Below, in pieces: positions 9,627 to 20,027 of a stretch of DNA of 64,000 nt. The DNA lies in assembly GCA_902626435.1 (NCBI GenBank), contig CACOFO010000002.1, positions 24,275-88,274 of the forward strand, written 5' to 3'. The position numbers and the translations under genes were made by a program. Origin of the DNA: an uncultured Prochlorococcus sp. Its GTDB lineage: Bacteria; Cyanobacteriota; Cyanobacteriia; PCC-6307; Cyanobiaceae. Under the pieces are notes generated by a model, which had not been told where the DNA came from, searched no databases, and saw only the letters and a program-made list of their open reading frames with translations. Each line of letters starts with the position of its first letter. The first letter of the stretch is position 1.

Positions 9627-11480
9627 CTAAATATAGTTTGCCACTTTAACTTCTGACCGATTGAGCAGATCTTGAATATCTTCAGTATCTATTGTTTCTC
9701 TTTCGATGAGCATTTGCGCCATTTCGTCAAGTACATGTCTATTATCTTTTAAAACTTTTGTAGCTCTTTTGTAGGCAATATCAACAAGCTCAGAAACCTC
9801 TACATCAATAGTTGCTGCAGTGTCTTCTGAGAAGTCTCTTGTAGAGCTCATGTCTCTTCCTAGAAACATTCCACCTTGAGATTGCCCTAAAGCAACAGGA
9901 CCTATTTTGTCACTCATTCCAAATTTAGTGATCATTTGTCTTGCCACATTAGCAACTTGTTGTAAATCATTTGAGGCTCCAGTTGTAACTTCTTCTTCTC
10001 CATAGACTATTTCTTCAGCTACTCTTCCACCTAAGGCTACAGCCATTTGATTTTGAAGGTAAGAACGAGAGTAAAGACCTGATTCCAATCTCTCTTCACT
10101 TGGAGTAAAGAATGTAAGACCTCCAGCTTGACCTCTAGGAATAATTGAAACTTTCGCTACAGGATCATAATCAGGCATCAATGCTCCTACAATCGCATGA
10201 CCAGCTTCGTGATAAGCAACTAATTCTTTTTTCTTATCACTTATAACTCTATCTTTCTTTTCTGGACCAGCCATAACTCTCTCGATAGCATCACCAACTT
10301 CATCATTGCTTACTTTATCAAGATCTTTTCTGGCTGCTAGTATTGCTGCTTCATTGAGTAAATTCGCTAGATCAGCACCAGTAAAGCCTGGTGTTCTTCT
10401 TGCAACTTTATCTAAATCAACATCTTTGGAAAGTGTTTTATCTTTAGCGTGAACATTTAGTATTTGTAATCTTCCAGCGTAATCAGGTCTGTCTACTGTT
10501 ACCTGTCTGTCAAATCTTCCTGGACGCATTAAAGCTGAATCTAAGACATCAGGTCTGTTGGTGGCTGCTACTATTATTATTCCGGAATTACCTTCAAATC
10601 CATCCATTTCGGTAAGGAGTTGGTTTAATGTTTGTTCTCTTTCATCATTACCTCCACCCATACCAGCACCTCTTTGTCTCCCAACTGCATCTATTTCATC
10701 AATGAATACTATGCAAGGAGCATTCTTTTTGGCTTGCTCAAAAAGATCTCTAACTCTACTAGCTCCAACACCTACAAACATCTCAACAAATTCTGAACCG
10801 GATATTGAGAAAAAAGGTACTCCTGCTTCGCCAGCAACTGCTTTTGCTAGCAAAGTTTTTCCTGTACCTGGAGGGCCAACAAGGAGGACACCTTTTGGAA
10901 TCTTTGCACCTACAGCCGTAAATCTATCAGGACTCTTTAGAAAATCAACTACTTCAGTTAATTCTAATTTTGCACCTTCTACTCCGGCAACATCTGAGAA
11001 AGTAACTTGTGTAGAAGGCTCCATCTGTAGTCTGGCTTTACTTTTACCAAAACTCATGGCAGGGTTACCACCTCCAGCATTCCCGCTTTGGGATCTTCTG
11101 AAAAGAAAAAATAATCCTCCAATTAAAAGTACTGGAAAAATCAAGCTACTTATAGCTTGTTGCCATGGATTGGCTAATTTTGTTGGAGTTACAGCTATAT
11201 CTACATTATTCTCAGTAAGTATTTTTAATAAATCTTTGTCAGGCGCTAAATTGACCTCTGCTCTGCTTCCATCATTTTCAACAACTTGAGCAGTCGCATT
11301 GTCTGGAGATATAAGAACTCTACTGATTTGCTTATCTTGGACTGCCTCGATAAAATCACTATACCTTAATGTCCTTGTAGCATTTTCTGTATTAGGTTTA
11401 TCAAATACAGAAGTACCAATGAAAATTACAGTTATAACGGCTAGAACATAAAGTCCTACGTTTCTCCAGCGTTTGTTCAC
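9627..11480 (-). CDS. ftsH: ATP-dependent zinc metalloprotease FtsH (FtsH3-type)
   Basis: Two TM helices, [26 protein letters not shown]; the N-terminus KRWRNVGLY resembles cyanobacterial FtsH3. Confidence 0.97.
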   Translation of the reverse strand: MNKRWRNVGLYVLAVITVIFIGTSVFDKPNTENATRTLRYSDFIEAVQDKQISRVLISPDNATAQVVENDGSRAEVNLAPDKDLLKILTENNVDIAVTPTKLANPWQQAISSLIFPVLLIGGLFFLFRRSQSGNAGGGNPAMSFGKSKARLQMEPSTQVTFSDVAGVEGAKLELTEVVDFLKSPDRFTAVGAKIPKGVLLVGPPGTGKTLLAKAVAGEAGVPFFSISGSEFVEMFVGVGASRVRDLFEQAKKNAPCIVFIDEIDAVGRQRGAGMGGGNDEREQTLNQLLTEMDGFEGNSGIIIVAATNRPDVLDSALMRPGRFDRQVTVDRPDYAGRLQILNVHAKDKTLSKDVDLDKVARRTPGFTGADLANLLNEAAILAARKDLDKVSNDEVGDAIERVMAGPEKKDRVISDKKKELVAYHEAGHAIVGALMPDYDPVAKVSIIPRGQAGGLTFFTPSEERLESGLYSRSYLQNQMAVALGGRVAEEIVYGEEEVTTGASNDLQQVANVARQMITKFGMSDKIGPVALGQSQGGMFLGRDMSSTRDFSEDTAATIDVEVSELVDIAYKRATKVLKDNRHVLDEMAQMLIERETIDTEDIQDLLNRSEVKVANYI

Positions 11481-11526
11481 GTTAAATATTCTTTAATAAA
11501 TATATAATACTAATAATAAAACATTA

Positions 11527-12702
11527 TTAAGAGCGTCTTAGAACATCTACTACACTTTTGAATGCAAACCATTCGGGGATTGGTTCGCCATTCCTCAATT
11601 TTTTTCTAAATTCAGTACCACTAAGTTTCATAATTTGATAATTGAATTCCTTAGCCTCTTCAGCTGTAATATATCCTTTTTCCCTCGTATAAACTAAATT
11701 TTTTGAAGGAACAGTCTGCATCATCAATTCTTCTGCGCATTTATTCGCAAAATTTTGGGCGTCATATGGGCCATAAAAATCTTTACCAGTTGATGATGAC
11801 TTACAACCAGCCATATCCCTGCCGATAATAAAATGGGTGCAGCCATAATTTCTCCTGATTATCATATGTTGAAGAGCTTCTCTTGGCCCTGCCATGTGCA
11901 TTGAATAAGGTAAAAAAGCCCATTTTATTCTTTCATCAGATATTTCTTCTTCCAATTCTTTATATGTCAAATATCTAACTTTTCCAGGGATATCATCTTG
12001 TTGTGTTGGGCCACAAGTTGGATGTACTAAAACAACTGAATTAGTGGAAACATTATTTGAGAGTAAGGCATTAGTAAATAATTCATAATGTGCTCTATGA
12101 ATTGGATTTCTGCATTGAAATGCGACTACATCATAATTTGATGGCAGCTTAGCTCTTACCTCTGCTGGGGTTTTGCAGGGAAACTCTCTAATTGGCAGTT
12201 CGAAACCATAAACTCTCCCCCCTATATAATATCTTCCCCTCTCATTAAAAATCATCTTAACAGCAGGATGATCTAAAGAATTAGTGCCATAACAAAGTTC
12301 GGCTTCTAAGGATTTATCAGGCTCCCATGTAGAACTTACTTCTAAAACTGCTATCTTTTGGTTTTTATAGGTAAGCAAGATTGTTTCACCAGCTTTAACT
12401 TCTTCATTATTTGAATCAAATACAATCGGTAAGCCAAAAAGTAAACCGCTGGTATCTCTATTATTTTTGATAACCGATTTGTAGTTTTTTTCATCCATAA
12501 AACCTTCTAACGGAGAAAAAGCGCCAACCATCAAAAGTTCTACATCACATGCGTTTCTTTCGCTACATTCAAACTCATAACTAGCTTTAGATATGAGATC
12601 ATTTTTAAGGTTATTATCTTTGATAATTAAATTTTTAAGTTCCCCTCCATAAGGAGGTATTAGTCCCCTAGAGTCTTTTTTTGTTTTTTGTTGTAATTCC
12701 AT
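11527..12702 (-). CDS. sat: Sulfate adenylyltransferase
   Basis: AFQCRNPIHRAH, MHMAGPREA, HFIIGRDMAG. Confidence 0.96.
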   Translation of the reverse strand: MELQQKTKKDSRGLIPPYGGELKNLIIKDNNLKNDLISKASYEFECSERNACDVELLMVGAFSPLEGFMDEKNYKSVIKNNRDTSGLLFGLPIVFDSNNEEVKAGETILLTYKNQKIAVLEVSSTWEPDKSLEAELCYGTNSLDHPAVKMIFNERGRYYIGGRVYGFELPIREFPCKTPAEVRAKLPSNYDVVAFQCRNPIHRAHYELFTNALLSNNVSTNSVVLVHPTCGPTQQDDIPGKVRYLTYKELEEEISDERIKWAFLPYSMHMAGPREALQHMIIRRNYGCTHFIIGRDMAGCKSSSTGKDFYGPYDAQNFANKCAEELMMQTVPSKNLVYTREKGYITAEEAKEFNYQIMKLSGTEFRKKLRNGEPIPEWFAFKSVVDVLRRS

Positions 12703-12728
12703 GTTTGAATTGATGAAGAAAAATTTTG

Positions 12729-12758
12729 AAAAAAAAAAGAGGGGTTGAACCCCCTTTT
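12729..12758 (-). terminator. Intrinsic terminator of psbO
   Basis: Minus strand AAAAGGGGG-TTCAA-CCCCTC followed by T10, just after the psbO stop. Confidence 0.8.
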
Positions 12759-12774
12759 GTTTCTTAATTAGGAT

Positions 12775-13569
12775 TTATGCCTTTCTTCCATAAAGCTCTC
12801 CTATTATTTTTACATCAAGTGGATCTTTTGATCCCATGTCTGTATCTGAAGGTTGGATAGCTTCAAAAGTACCTGCAAATTCGTCTGTGTCAGAATCTAC
12901 ATTATTGATTGAAAGAGTAATAACGCCAGTACCATTTACATCAACTTTAATATTTTCTTTGGCAAGTTCTTCATCATCTCCTCCTAATGCAACTAAACCT
13001 TGAGCATATTCAACACCAGTATTTTTAGCTCTTGCTTTAGGGTCTAGAAAATCGCCAGTTCTATAGTTAGGTGTAAATGTTGAACCACTAAACTCAGTAC
13101 CTGGTTCAATAGATGAAGGTAAATCAGCTGTAAGATCTTTTGCTGAGAATGCAAATGGCACCTCTAATCCACCAGGAGTCAATACAGTAATAAGCTGAAA
13201 ATCGATACCACCTTTTTCTGTGAAAGTTCCTTTGTCTATATCTCCATAAACTTCTGTAACTGTGGTGTTATTTCTTGGACTAATAATTTTTGTAGAAACA
13301 AATTCTGCGGCTTTTCTTTTCGTCCCTGGCACTTTTACATAAACTTCTGTTGGATGCATGCATATTCCTTTAAGACTATCTCCATTTCCTAGGGATATTG
13401 TTCCGACCAGAGATGAATCTAATGTAGGACAATCATTAGCTTTACCAGTGTTAACAACATCTGTAAATTGTGCATTTCCTCTTTCAGAAAAAGCAAATGT
13501 TTTAACAGGTACGAAAGCAAAAGTTATACAAATTGAAATAACAAAAGCTAAGAAAGAACGAATTCTCAT
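12775..13569 (-). CDS. psbO: Photosystem II manganese-stabilising protein
   Basis: Signal peptide, NTGKANDCPTL, GGIDFQLITV, YRTGDFLDPKAR, QPSDTDMG; start moved to MRIRSFL (ATG 13569). Confidence 0.95.
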   Translation of the reverse strand: MRIRSFLAFVISICITFAFVPVKTFAFSERGNAQFTDVVNTGKANDCPTLDSSLVGTISLGNGDSLKGICMHPTEVYVKVPGTKRKAAEFVSTKIISPRNNTTVTEVYGDIDKGTFTEKGGIDFQLITVLTPGGLEVPFAFSAKDLTADLPSSIEPGTEFSGSTFTPNYRTGDFLDPKARAKNTGVEYAQGLVALGGDDEELAKENIKVDVNGTGVITLSINNVDSDTDEFAGTFEAIQPSDTDMGSKDPLDVKIIGELYGRKA

Positions 13570-13785
13570 AATTAAAGTTGCAGTAAAGTTCTGTGACGAT
13601 TGACTAAAGGTCATCTAAATAGTTCAGTACGGATATTACAAGGGAAAGGACCATAAATGATAGGACTTTTAAATCCTCGAAACAACCCGTAGCTTTTTGA
13701 TTTTTAAAAAACTGGAATTATTTTAAGCTATCACATTATTTTTAATGATTAAGATTACAAAAAAATACAAATTAAACAACTTTTT

Positions 13786-15042
13786 TTATTTTTTTAATGA
13801 AGTAATTTGCGTTATTAATTTATTTGCTAAATCAATTTTTGATGTTTTGTCAATGTAATATTCCATATTGTTTGTATCGAACAACCAACCTTCATTTTGT
13901 GCTAAAAAGCCAAAGCCTTGCCCTTCAAGATCAATTGGATTCGCGAATAGATAATCACAACCCTTTTGGAGAATCTTTTCTTTAATTGTTATCCTTGCTT
14001 CTTCAATAGATCCTGTAAAGGCGCAAAAGCCTACAAAAATTTGACTATCTTTTTTTGATTCACTAATTGTTTTTAAAATATCTGGGACTAGTTCAAAGTT
14101 TTTATTCAAATGATCATTAATTTTATTTTTAGGAATTTTAACTGAAGTATCAGAGGTTATCTTGAAATCAGATACAGCTGCATTCATGAAAAAATAATCA
14201 CAATTTGATATCTCATTATTCACGGCCCTAATTAAATCAATACTAGTTTCAATTTCATATCTTTTTATTCCGTCAGTAAGGTTCTTATCGATTTTCAGAG
14301 GCCCATGGACATATTTTACTTGTGCTCCTCTGAACCTTGCTACTTGAGAAAGAAGTAAGCCCATAGCTCCTGAACTTTTGTTAGTAATGTGTCTTGCGGC
14401 GTCAATTTTCTCTGAGGTGCAACCTCCAGTTATTAAAATTTTTTTATTAATTAAATCTTTGCAATATGCATTTTGTTTGTGTGAAATTATAAATTCAAGA
14501 GCTAATTCAATTAGATCATTTGGAGGTATCTTACCGATGCCAATAGCATCACATGCTAGGAGACCCTCACTTGGTTGCAAGGACAAAACATTTTCGTAAT
14601 TCTGTAAATTTTCATAATTATTTTGGACAGCTTTATTTAGCCACATTTGTGTATTCATTGCTGGTGCAACAATAATTGGCTTTGTATTTGCTAACAAAAT
14701 GCTTGCAATCAATCCCTCTGCATTTCCAGTTACCCATTTTGCTAAAGTAGTCGCTGTTAAAGGGGCAATAATTAAAATATCAGCCCAATTGCTTAGTTCT
14801 ATGTGAAGAGGTGTTGCTTGTCTGTTTGACCATTGATCATTTTCTAAAACACAAGGGTTTCTACTTAAGATAGAAAGAGAAAGAGGCTTTATTAAATTTT
14901 CTGCATTTTTAGACAAAACGCATTTTATATCATAATTTTCTTTCGCTAGTTGGCTCACTAATAATGGAATTCTTACAGCTGCAATACTCCCCGTGATTAA
15001 TAAGAGAACCTTAATTTTGGACCCCGTACTTTTAGCTTTCAT
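13786..15042 (-). CDS. coaBC: Phosphopantothenoylcysteine decarboxylase/ligase
   Basis: TGSIAA, PAMNTQMW, LACDAIGIG, ITNKSSGAMG, AAVSDF; start placed at MKAK (15042). Confidence 0.93.
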   Translation of the reverse strand: MKAKSTGSKIKVLLLITGSIAAVRIPLLVSQLAKENYDIKCVLSKNAENLIKPLSLSILSRNPCVLENDQWSNRQATPLHIELSNWADILIIAPLTATTLAKWVTGNAEGLIASILLANTKPIIVAPAMNTQMWLNKAVQNNYENLQNYENVLSLQPSEGLLACDAIGIGKIPPNDLIELALEFIISHKQNAYCKDLINKKILITGGCTSEKIDAARHITNKSSGAMGLLLSQVARFRGAQVKYVHGPLKIDKNLTDGIKRYEIETSIDLIRAVNNEISNCDYFFMNAAVSDFKITSDTSVKIPKNKINDHLNKNFELVPDILKTISESKKDSQIFVGFCAFTGSIEEARITIKEKILQKGCDYLFANPIDLEGQGFGFLAQNEGWLFDTNNMEYYIDKTSKIDLANKLITQITSLKK

Positions 15043-15253
15043 CGAAAGGTTCCTTATTGAGGAGATGGACATAATTAGTTGTTAGTTCAGGTCTATTGAT
15101 TGCAAGAGCCCTTAGTAAGGGTAAGTCTTTTAAACCGTCAAATGGATTATTATAGTTGTCTTCTTCTAGGCTTTTAGCAAGTTCAAGAGTCATTTCTTCA
15201 TCTAGAGAATTTACTAGTTCCTCACTTATTTTATTTTCAGAAATGAATTTCAT
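15032..15253 (-). CDS. DUF2555-like small cyanobacterial protein
   Basis: LEEDNY..PFDGL..LLRALA..RPEL pattern, directly upstream of coaBC. Confidence 0.7.
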   Translation of the reverse strand: MKFISENKISEELVNSLDEEMTLELAKSLEEDNYNNPFDGLKDLPLLRALAINRPELTTNYVHLLNKEPFDES

Positions 15254-15467
15254 ATTGATTTAAGCCAATACATTCTAATAATAAAGCCTCAAGTAATTTT
15301 TTAAAATTGATGTAAGTATTAAGTACATATTTGCAAGAATATGAAAATTCTAAATTTATAATTTTTTCAAATTGTTAGCTGGACATTTATCTTCATTCTC
15401 AGTTATAAATTTGCAAACTCTGCTCTTCAAAAATATTCTTTCTTAAAATAGTTTCAAAATTTAAATT

Positions 15468-15668
15468 ATGTCTCAAACCAAAAGAGAGCAAGTAATTAGT
15501 CACATTCGCTATTTAAGACAAGAGCTCAGAGAAATGCATTTAGGAATAAAAGAAGATGATCTTTTTCCTGAGCCAAGCGAATTAAGGGGAATAATGGCTC
15601 AGTTTGAGGCATTACTTGAATTAATAGATGGAAATACTAAAATTCAATCAAACTCTGAAGCGGTTTAG
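15468..15668 (+). CDS. Conserved hypothetical protein (66 aa)
   Basis: ATG start, helical composition, forms an operon with the next gene. Confidence 0.7.
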   Translation: MSQTKREQVISHIRYLRQELREMHLGIKEDDLFPEPSELRGIMAQFEALLELIDGNTKIQSNSEAV

Positions 15669-15679
15669 TTTAAGTAAAA

Positions 15680-16021
15680 ATGGTTCTTAAACCTCAAAAG
15701 ACAAAATTTCAGCTAAAAATTGTGGAAAATATTCAGACATTAAGTATTTGGGCTAATAATCCATGGAGAAGATATTCAATATCATTGATTACACTTTTAA
15801 TTGGTTACTTTTTTGGGAGTTCTCTTGGTATGGTAAGTGCCGTTTTGGAAATCATGGATCCGGTAGCTGCTTTCTTATCAATATTTTTTATCGAGATTTT
15901 AATATTTCTAAGAAGAAATCTTAAATTTGAGAGGAAAAAGAAGTTTTTAGTGCTTTTATTAGATTCTTTAAGATTAGGATTATTTTATGGTTTCTTCACT
16001 GAAAGTCTTAAGTTGCTATAA
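15680..16021 (+). CDS. DUF565/Ycf20-like membrane protein
   Basis: WANNPWRR, GYFFGS and LGLFYGFFTESLKL patterns. Confidence 0.8.
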   Translation: MVLKPQKTKFQLKIVENIQTLSIWANNPWRRYSISLITLLIGYFFGSSLGMVSAVLEIMDPVAAFLSIFFIEILIFLRRNLKFERKKKFLVLLLDSLRLGLFYGFFTESLKLL

Positions 16022-16023
16022 AT

Positions 16024-17040
16024 TTATTTGTTATATTTCTGCAATAGATAAAGTAAGGCCATTCTTATAGGGATACCATTTGCAACTTGATTATTGATTA
16101 AGCAATTAGGATATAGATCTACTACTTCACTACTTATTTCAATATCTCTGTTAATGGGACCAGGATGGAGAATTGGAATTTCTTTATTATTCAAAGATAA
16201 TTTCTCTGGGGTTAAGCCATAATCCAAACTATATGAATCTATGCTACTTAGTAAATTCTCCATCATTCTCTCTTTCTGGAGTCTCAAAACAATAATCGCA
16301 TCTGCAATTTTTATTGATTCTTTCAATGATCTTGAAATTGTTATGGACCCTCTTGATTTAACAGGATCTTCTATTTGATTTGGCGCGGGGGTTTTTAAAA
16401 AATTGATAAATTCATCGGGTATTAATGTCTTAGGACCACATAAGATTATGTTTGCCCCAAATGCGCTCAAAGCCCAAAGATTTGATCTGGCAACCCTTGA
16501 ATGATTAACGTCTCCAATGATTAAAATTTTTTTGGAATTTAAAATTTCTGGATTCAGTGTTTTTTTGGAAAAGAATTTTATTAGTGTATATATGTCAAGC
16601 AATCCTTGGCTAGGGTGACTATGTAAGCCATCTCCCGCATTAAGAACCGAAGTCTTGGAATTTATTGCATCAAGTTTTTTAGCGATTTCAAAGGTTATGT
16701 AACTTGATGAATGTCTGATAACTAATGTATCTGCCCCCATAGCAGAATAAGTTATGGCTGTATCAATTATTGTTTCACCTTTTGTTAATGAACTAGAGGA
16801 GGGTGCAAACGTTTGGACATCAGCAGAAAGCCTTTTTGCTGCAAGCTCAAAACTATTTTTTGTTCTTGTACTAGCTTCAAAAAATAAAGACGTTATCAAA
16901 GTACCTTGTAAGGCCGGTATCTTTTTCGTTCCTGCATTATTTAGTGCATCAAATCTATTAGCTAATTCAAATACTGACTCATAATCTTTAATTGAAAAAT
17001 TAGCTAGTGTGTGGATATGTTTATGAGGCCAAATTTGCAT
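16024..17040 (-). CDS. pyrB: Aspartate carbamoyltransferase catalytic subunit
   Basis: [27 protein letters not shown]. Confidence 0.97.
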   Translation of the reverse strand: MQIWPHKHIHTLANFSIKDYESVFELANRFDALNNAGTKKIPALQGTLITSLFFEASTRTKNSFELAAKRLSADVQTFAPSSSSLTKGETIIDTAITYSAMGADTLVIRHSSSYITFEIAKKLDAINSKTSVLNAGDGLHSHPSQGLLDIYTLIKFFSKKTLNPEILNSKKILIIGDVNHSRVARSNLWALSAFGANIILCGPKTLIPDEFINFLKTPAPNQIEDPVKSRGSITISRSLKESIKIADAIIVLRLQKERMMENLLSSIDSYSLDYGLTPEKLSLNNKEIPILHPGPINRDIEISSEVVDLYPNCLINNQVANGIPIRMALLYLLQKYNK

Positions 17041-17061
17041 TACGCTTAAAAAGATAAATGA

Positions 17062-17646
17062 TTAGTGAAATTTAGGTGTTCTGTCACCTTTTAATCTTTT
17101 ACTTACACTCCTACTATTTTTGAGATACCAACGCCATTTTATATTTTTTGCCTTTGATATGCCAATTCTCGTGGTTTGAACAAGGTCTTTTTCTTCTATA
17201 GCGCAGTCTCTTGGAGAAATCCATAAAGATTTGTTGTTAAGAACTTCAAGTGAGTTAAATGAAATGTCTACACTGAATGTCTTTGTAACTAGGCCAGGTC
17301 CAGAAGCTAATCTTTCATTTTCTTTAGAGATAAAAACTGATCTTATTAATACACCACTCGCAAAATTTTCTTTATCAGTAACTATGTTTAAACAATGATG
17401 AATTCCATAAGATTTATAAATATAAAATGTCCCAGGTTTGCCAAATAATGATTTATTTGATTCACTAATTTTACGGTAGCCATGACAGGCCTCTTCCTCC
17501 TGTGAATAAGCTTCAGTTTCAACAATAACCCCCTTAAGTTGATCTATCTCATTATTTTTTTTTATGAGGTAACAGCCTATTAAATCAGGGGCAACAAGTT
17601 TAGAATGCCGATAAAAAAAATTTTTTGGAAATAATTCTTCTTCTAT
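17062..17646 (-). CDS. mpg: DNA-3-methyladenine glycosylase (MPG/AAG family), absent from the ORF track
   Basis: Hand translation gives a 194-codon open frame with VAPDLIG, IVETEAY, ACHGYR, YKSYGIHHCLNIV, GVLIR, SGPG, TTRIGI, WRWY; no canonical start, ATA at 17646 assumed. Confidence 0.9.
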   Translation of the reverse strand: MEEELFPKNFFYRHSKLVAPDLIGCYLIKKNNEIDQLKGVIVETEAYSQEEEACHGYRKISESNKSLFGKPGTFYIYKSYGIHHCLNIVTDKENFASGVLIRSVFISKENERLASGPGLVTKTFSVDISFNSLEVLNNKSLWISPRDCAIEEKDLVQTTRIGISKAKNIKWRWYLKNSRSVSKRLKGDRTPKFH

Positions 17647-17818
17647 TTTTCAATACTTATCTAATAACATATTAAGCTGAGAAAAATAATTGAGACTATT
17701 AATTAATATAGATTTTCAAAAAGATTTGATTATTTTTTTTAATTGTTTGAAATTCAAGGGATATATTAATAAAATAATCTAACTAGACTATCATTTAAAA
17801 AAAGAAAACATTAAAAGC

Positions 17819-18112
17819 ATGAAAAAAATAACTAAAGATGAAGTAAAAAAAGTTGCTCATTTAGCTAGATTGGAACTTAACGAGGATGAAATTAATAATC
17901 ACTCAGAACAATTAGAAAAAATATTAGAATATGTTAAACAACTTGAAAAAATTGATACGAATGATGTGCCTTGTACAACAAGAGCGATAGAGGTTATTAA
18001 TGTATTTAGAAAAGATGAAAAGAAAAATTACGATTGCGCTGAAGAAATTCTAGATTTGAGTCCATCTAAAGAAGAAAAATACTTTAAAGTACCAAAAATC
18101 ATAAAAGAATGA
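17819..18112 (+). CDS. gatC: Asp/Glu-tRNA amidotransferase subunit C
   Basis: VKKVAHLARL...LEKILEYV...YFKVPKII. Confidence 0.93.
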   Translation: MKKITKDEVKKVAHLARLELNEDEINNHSEQLEKILEYVKQLEKIDTNDVPCTTRAIEVINVFRKDEKKNYDCAEEILDLSPSKEEKYFKVPKIIKE

Positions 18113-18113
18113 T

Positions 18114-19133
18114 TTAGTTGCTTCCTATAAAAGTTTTATTTACTATCCTTAGTAATAATTTTTTTATTTTATAACTTGGATATAAATTAATAATTTTTCT
18201 TATTTTCCCTCCTTTTTTGCTATGACTTCTGATACCTATAAATAAATCATAAATAAAGTTAAAAATGTCTTTTTTACTTTCAAAAATACCAACCCTTTGA
18301 GGAGAGCCTTTCAAATCCAATAACGGCTTAGTTTTTTCATAGGCGACTTTGTATTCAAACCAAGGGATTGAAGGCCAAAGATGATGTATTAGATGGTAAT
18401 TTTGACCCATTATTAATAAATTCATAAATCTACTTGGATAAACTCGAGAATTTATCCATTTGTTTCTTGATCGAAAAGGTCTATGCGGCAGATAATCAAA
18501 AAATATTCCTAAAGTGACCCCCACCATTAAGGCTGGACCAAACCATAAATTATATATTAAATTCATAAAGTCAAATTTTATACCTGCCAAGATTATTGTT
18601 ATAAAAATCGATCTTTCAATTCCCCATTGTAGTAATTCGTATTTGCGCCAAAGTTTTCTTTGAAAGAAAAATACTTCATGATAAAAAAATCTTGGAGCAA
18701 TTAACCAAATAGGGCCAAAAGTACTGACAATATGATCTGGATCATTTTTTGGGTGATTTACATGAATATGATGTTGTAGATGTACTCTTGTGAAAACTGG
18801 AAAACTGAATCCTAAAAGAATTGCTGAGCCGTGACCCATTGCTTGATTTATCCATGGAATAGGGTGAGCAGCTTTATGACATGCATCATGAATCACAGTA
18901 CCCTCAATATGTAAAGCTAAGAAGGCTGTTGCCACTAATAAAGGTAGAGGCCAAACCCCCCTGTACCATTGCCAAATACTAAGGAAAGCTAGAAAATAAC
19001 CACCAAAAAAAAGACCTAATGTGGGATTCCAAAAACTTGGCGGATCTACGTAGTTTTTAATCTCTTTTTGCCAATTAAATGTTTTTGAAGAATTAGTAAT
19101 TTTTGTTGTTTTTTTATTGGTTAAGTTTGAAAT
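18114..19133 (-). CDS. crtR: Beta-carotene hydroxylase (membrane desaturase fold)
   Basis: His boxes HDACH, HLQHH, HLIHH. The frame is open upstream of the track's GTG (18935) through YVDPPSFWNPTLGLFFGGY; start uncertain, ATT at 19133 assumed. Confidence 0.85.
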   Translation of the reverse strand: MSNLTNKKTTKITNSSKTFNWQKEIKNYVDPPSFWNPTLGLFFGGYFLAFLSIWQWYRGVWPLPLLVATAFLALHIEGTVIHDACHKAAHPIPWINQAMGHGSAILLGFSFPVFTRVHLQHHIHVNHPKNDPDHIVSTFGPIWLIAPRFFYHEVFFFQRKLWRKYELLQWGIERSIFITIILAGIKFDFMNLIYNLWFGPALMVGVTLGIFFDYLPHRPFRSRNKWINSRVYPSRFMNLLIMGQNYHLIHHLWPSIPWFEYKVAYEKTKPLLDLKGSPQRVGIFESKKDIFNFIYDLFIGIRSHSKKGGKIRKIINLYPSYKIKKLLLRIVNKTFIGSN

Positions 19134-19302
19134 CGTTTCTTTTATTCTGCAAATAATATAACTGATATTTTTGTATGATTGTATGTTCTCATCAAAAAAA
19201 TTTCTTTAAAGAGATATTTAATTTAATTTTTATGTGTCAAATTAATCATCTTAAGAAAAAAGATTTTTAAAATAAACCTCTTTCAATTATTATTTTATTT
19301 AA

Positions 19303-19384
19303 GCGGTCGTGGCGGAATTGGTAGACGCGCGAGTTTTAGGTACTCGTATCTTCGGGTGTGGGAGTTCAAGTCTCCCCGACCGCA
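19303..19384 (+). tRNA. tRNA-Leu(TAG)
   Basis: GCGGTCG/CGACCGC acceptor stem, anticodon arm CGAGT-TTTAGGT-ACTCG, long variable arm, GTTCAAG T-loop; CCA not encoded. Confidence 0.96.
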
Positions 19385-19456
19385 CTTAAAGAAATTATGA
19401 TAGAAAGTTTGTTTATTTATATCAACTTCTTATAATTTAATTAAGTAGTTAATTTA

Positions 19457-19906
19457 ATGAATAGTTTGATATTTTATCTAGGAATTTTCTATATCTTAAT
19501 TGGGACCATTTTCTTATCTGTACCGATAATTTATCTTGAGCTCGGCAAACCAAAAGACTTAATAAAAGCTTTTTTAAATTTACTAATAGGTTTGATATTA
19601 ATAATTAAAAATAAAACAATAGATGAATCATTTTTTATAATTTTCCTCTTCTTGACAGTACTAGTTATTTTTTATCTAGTAGAGATTTTTTTATCCAGAT
19701 GGCGCCAATTGACAGATAATGAAAAGAAAAAATTAACTACCTTTTTGGAATTTAAAAATAACCTTTCGAAAATATTAGAAGCTATTAATATGGGATTTCG
19801 CAATTTCACGAAACCTTCAACTTTTTTTAATTTTGGTAGCCGTAATAAAAAAACAACCCCAAAAAAGTGGGTAAGAAATGAAAAAAATGATAATATAAAA
19901 GTCTGA
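19457..19906 (+). CDS. Ycf66-like membrane protein
   Basis: N-terminal TM helices, ELGKPKD, RWRQLTDNEK and C-terminal KKWVR. Confidence 0.65.
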   Translation: MNSLIFYLGIFYILIGTIFLSVPIIYLELGKPKDLIKAFLNLLIGLILIIKNKTIDESFFIIFLFLTVLVIFYLVEIFLSRWRQLTDNEKKKLTTFLEFKNNLSKILEAINMGFRNFTKPSTFFNFGSRNKKTTPKKWVRNEKNDNIKV

Positions 19907-20027
19907 AATCAAATAAATTTGTTATTTGAAACATCCTAAAAAAATTACAGGTCAATTAAGAAATAATATAATGAATTAGATTTATTTAAATAATTCTTTT
20001 GATCACCAATATTTCTCATGTCGTAGT

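Noticed and set aside
10558-11289. 243-aa ORF antisense to ftsH
   Set aside because: Exact antisense shadow of a conserved gene with biased codons; no recognisable motifs
13754-13771. ATTACAAA-AA-AATACAAA as an RpaB/HLR1 direct repeat upstream of psbO
   Set aside because: Mismatched and too A-rich to distinguish from background by eye
19303-19460. tRNA genes (also 39182 and 54306) as island integration sites
   Set aside because: No integrase, no duplicated tRNA 3' end and no compositional shift; the flanks are core genes
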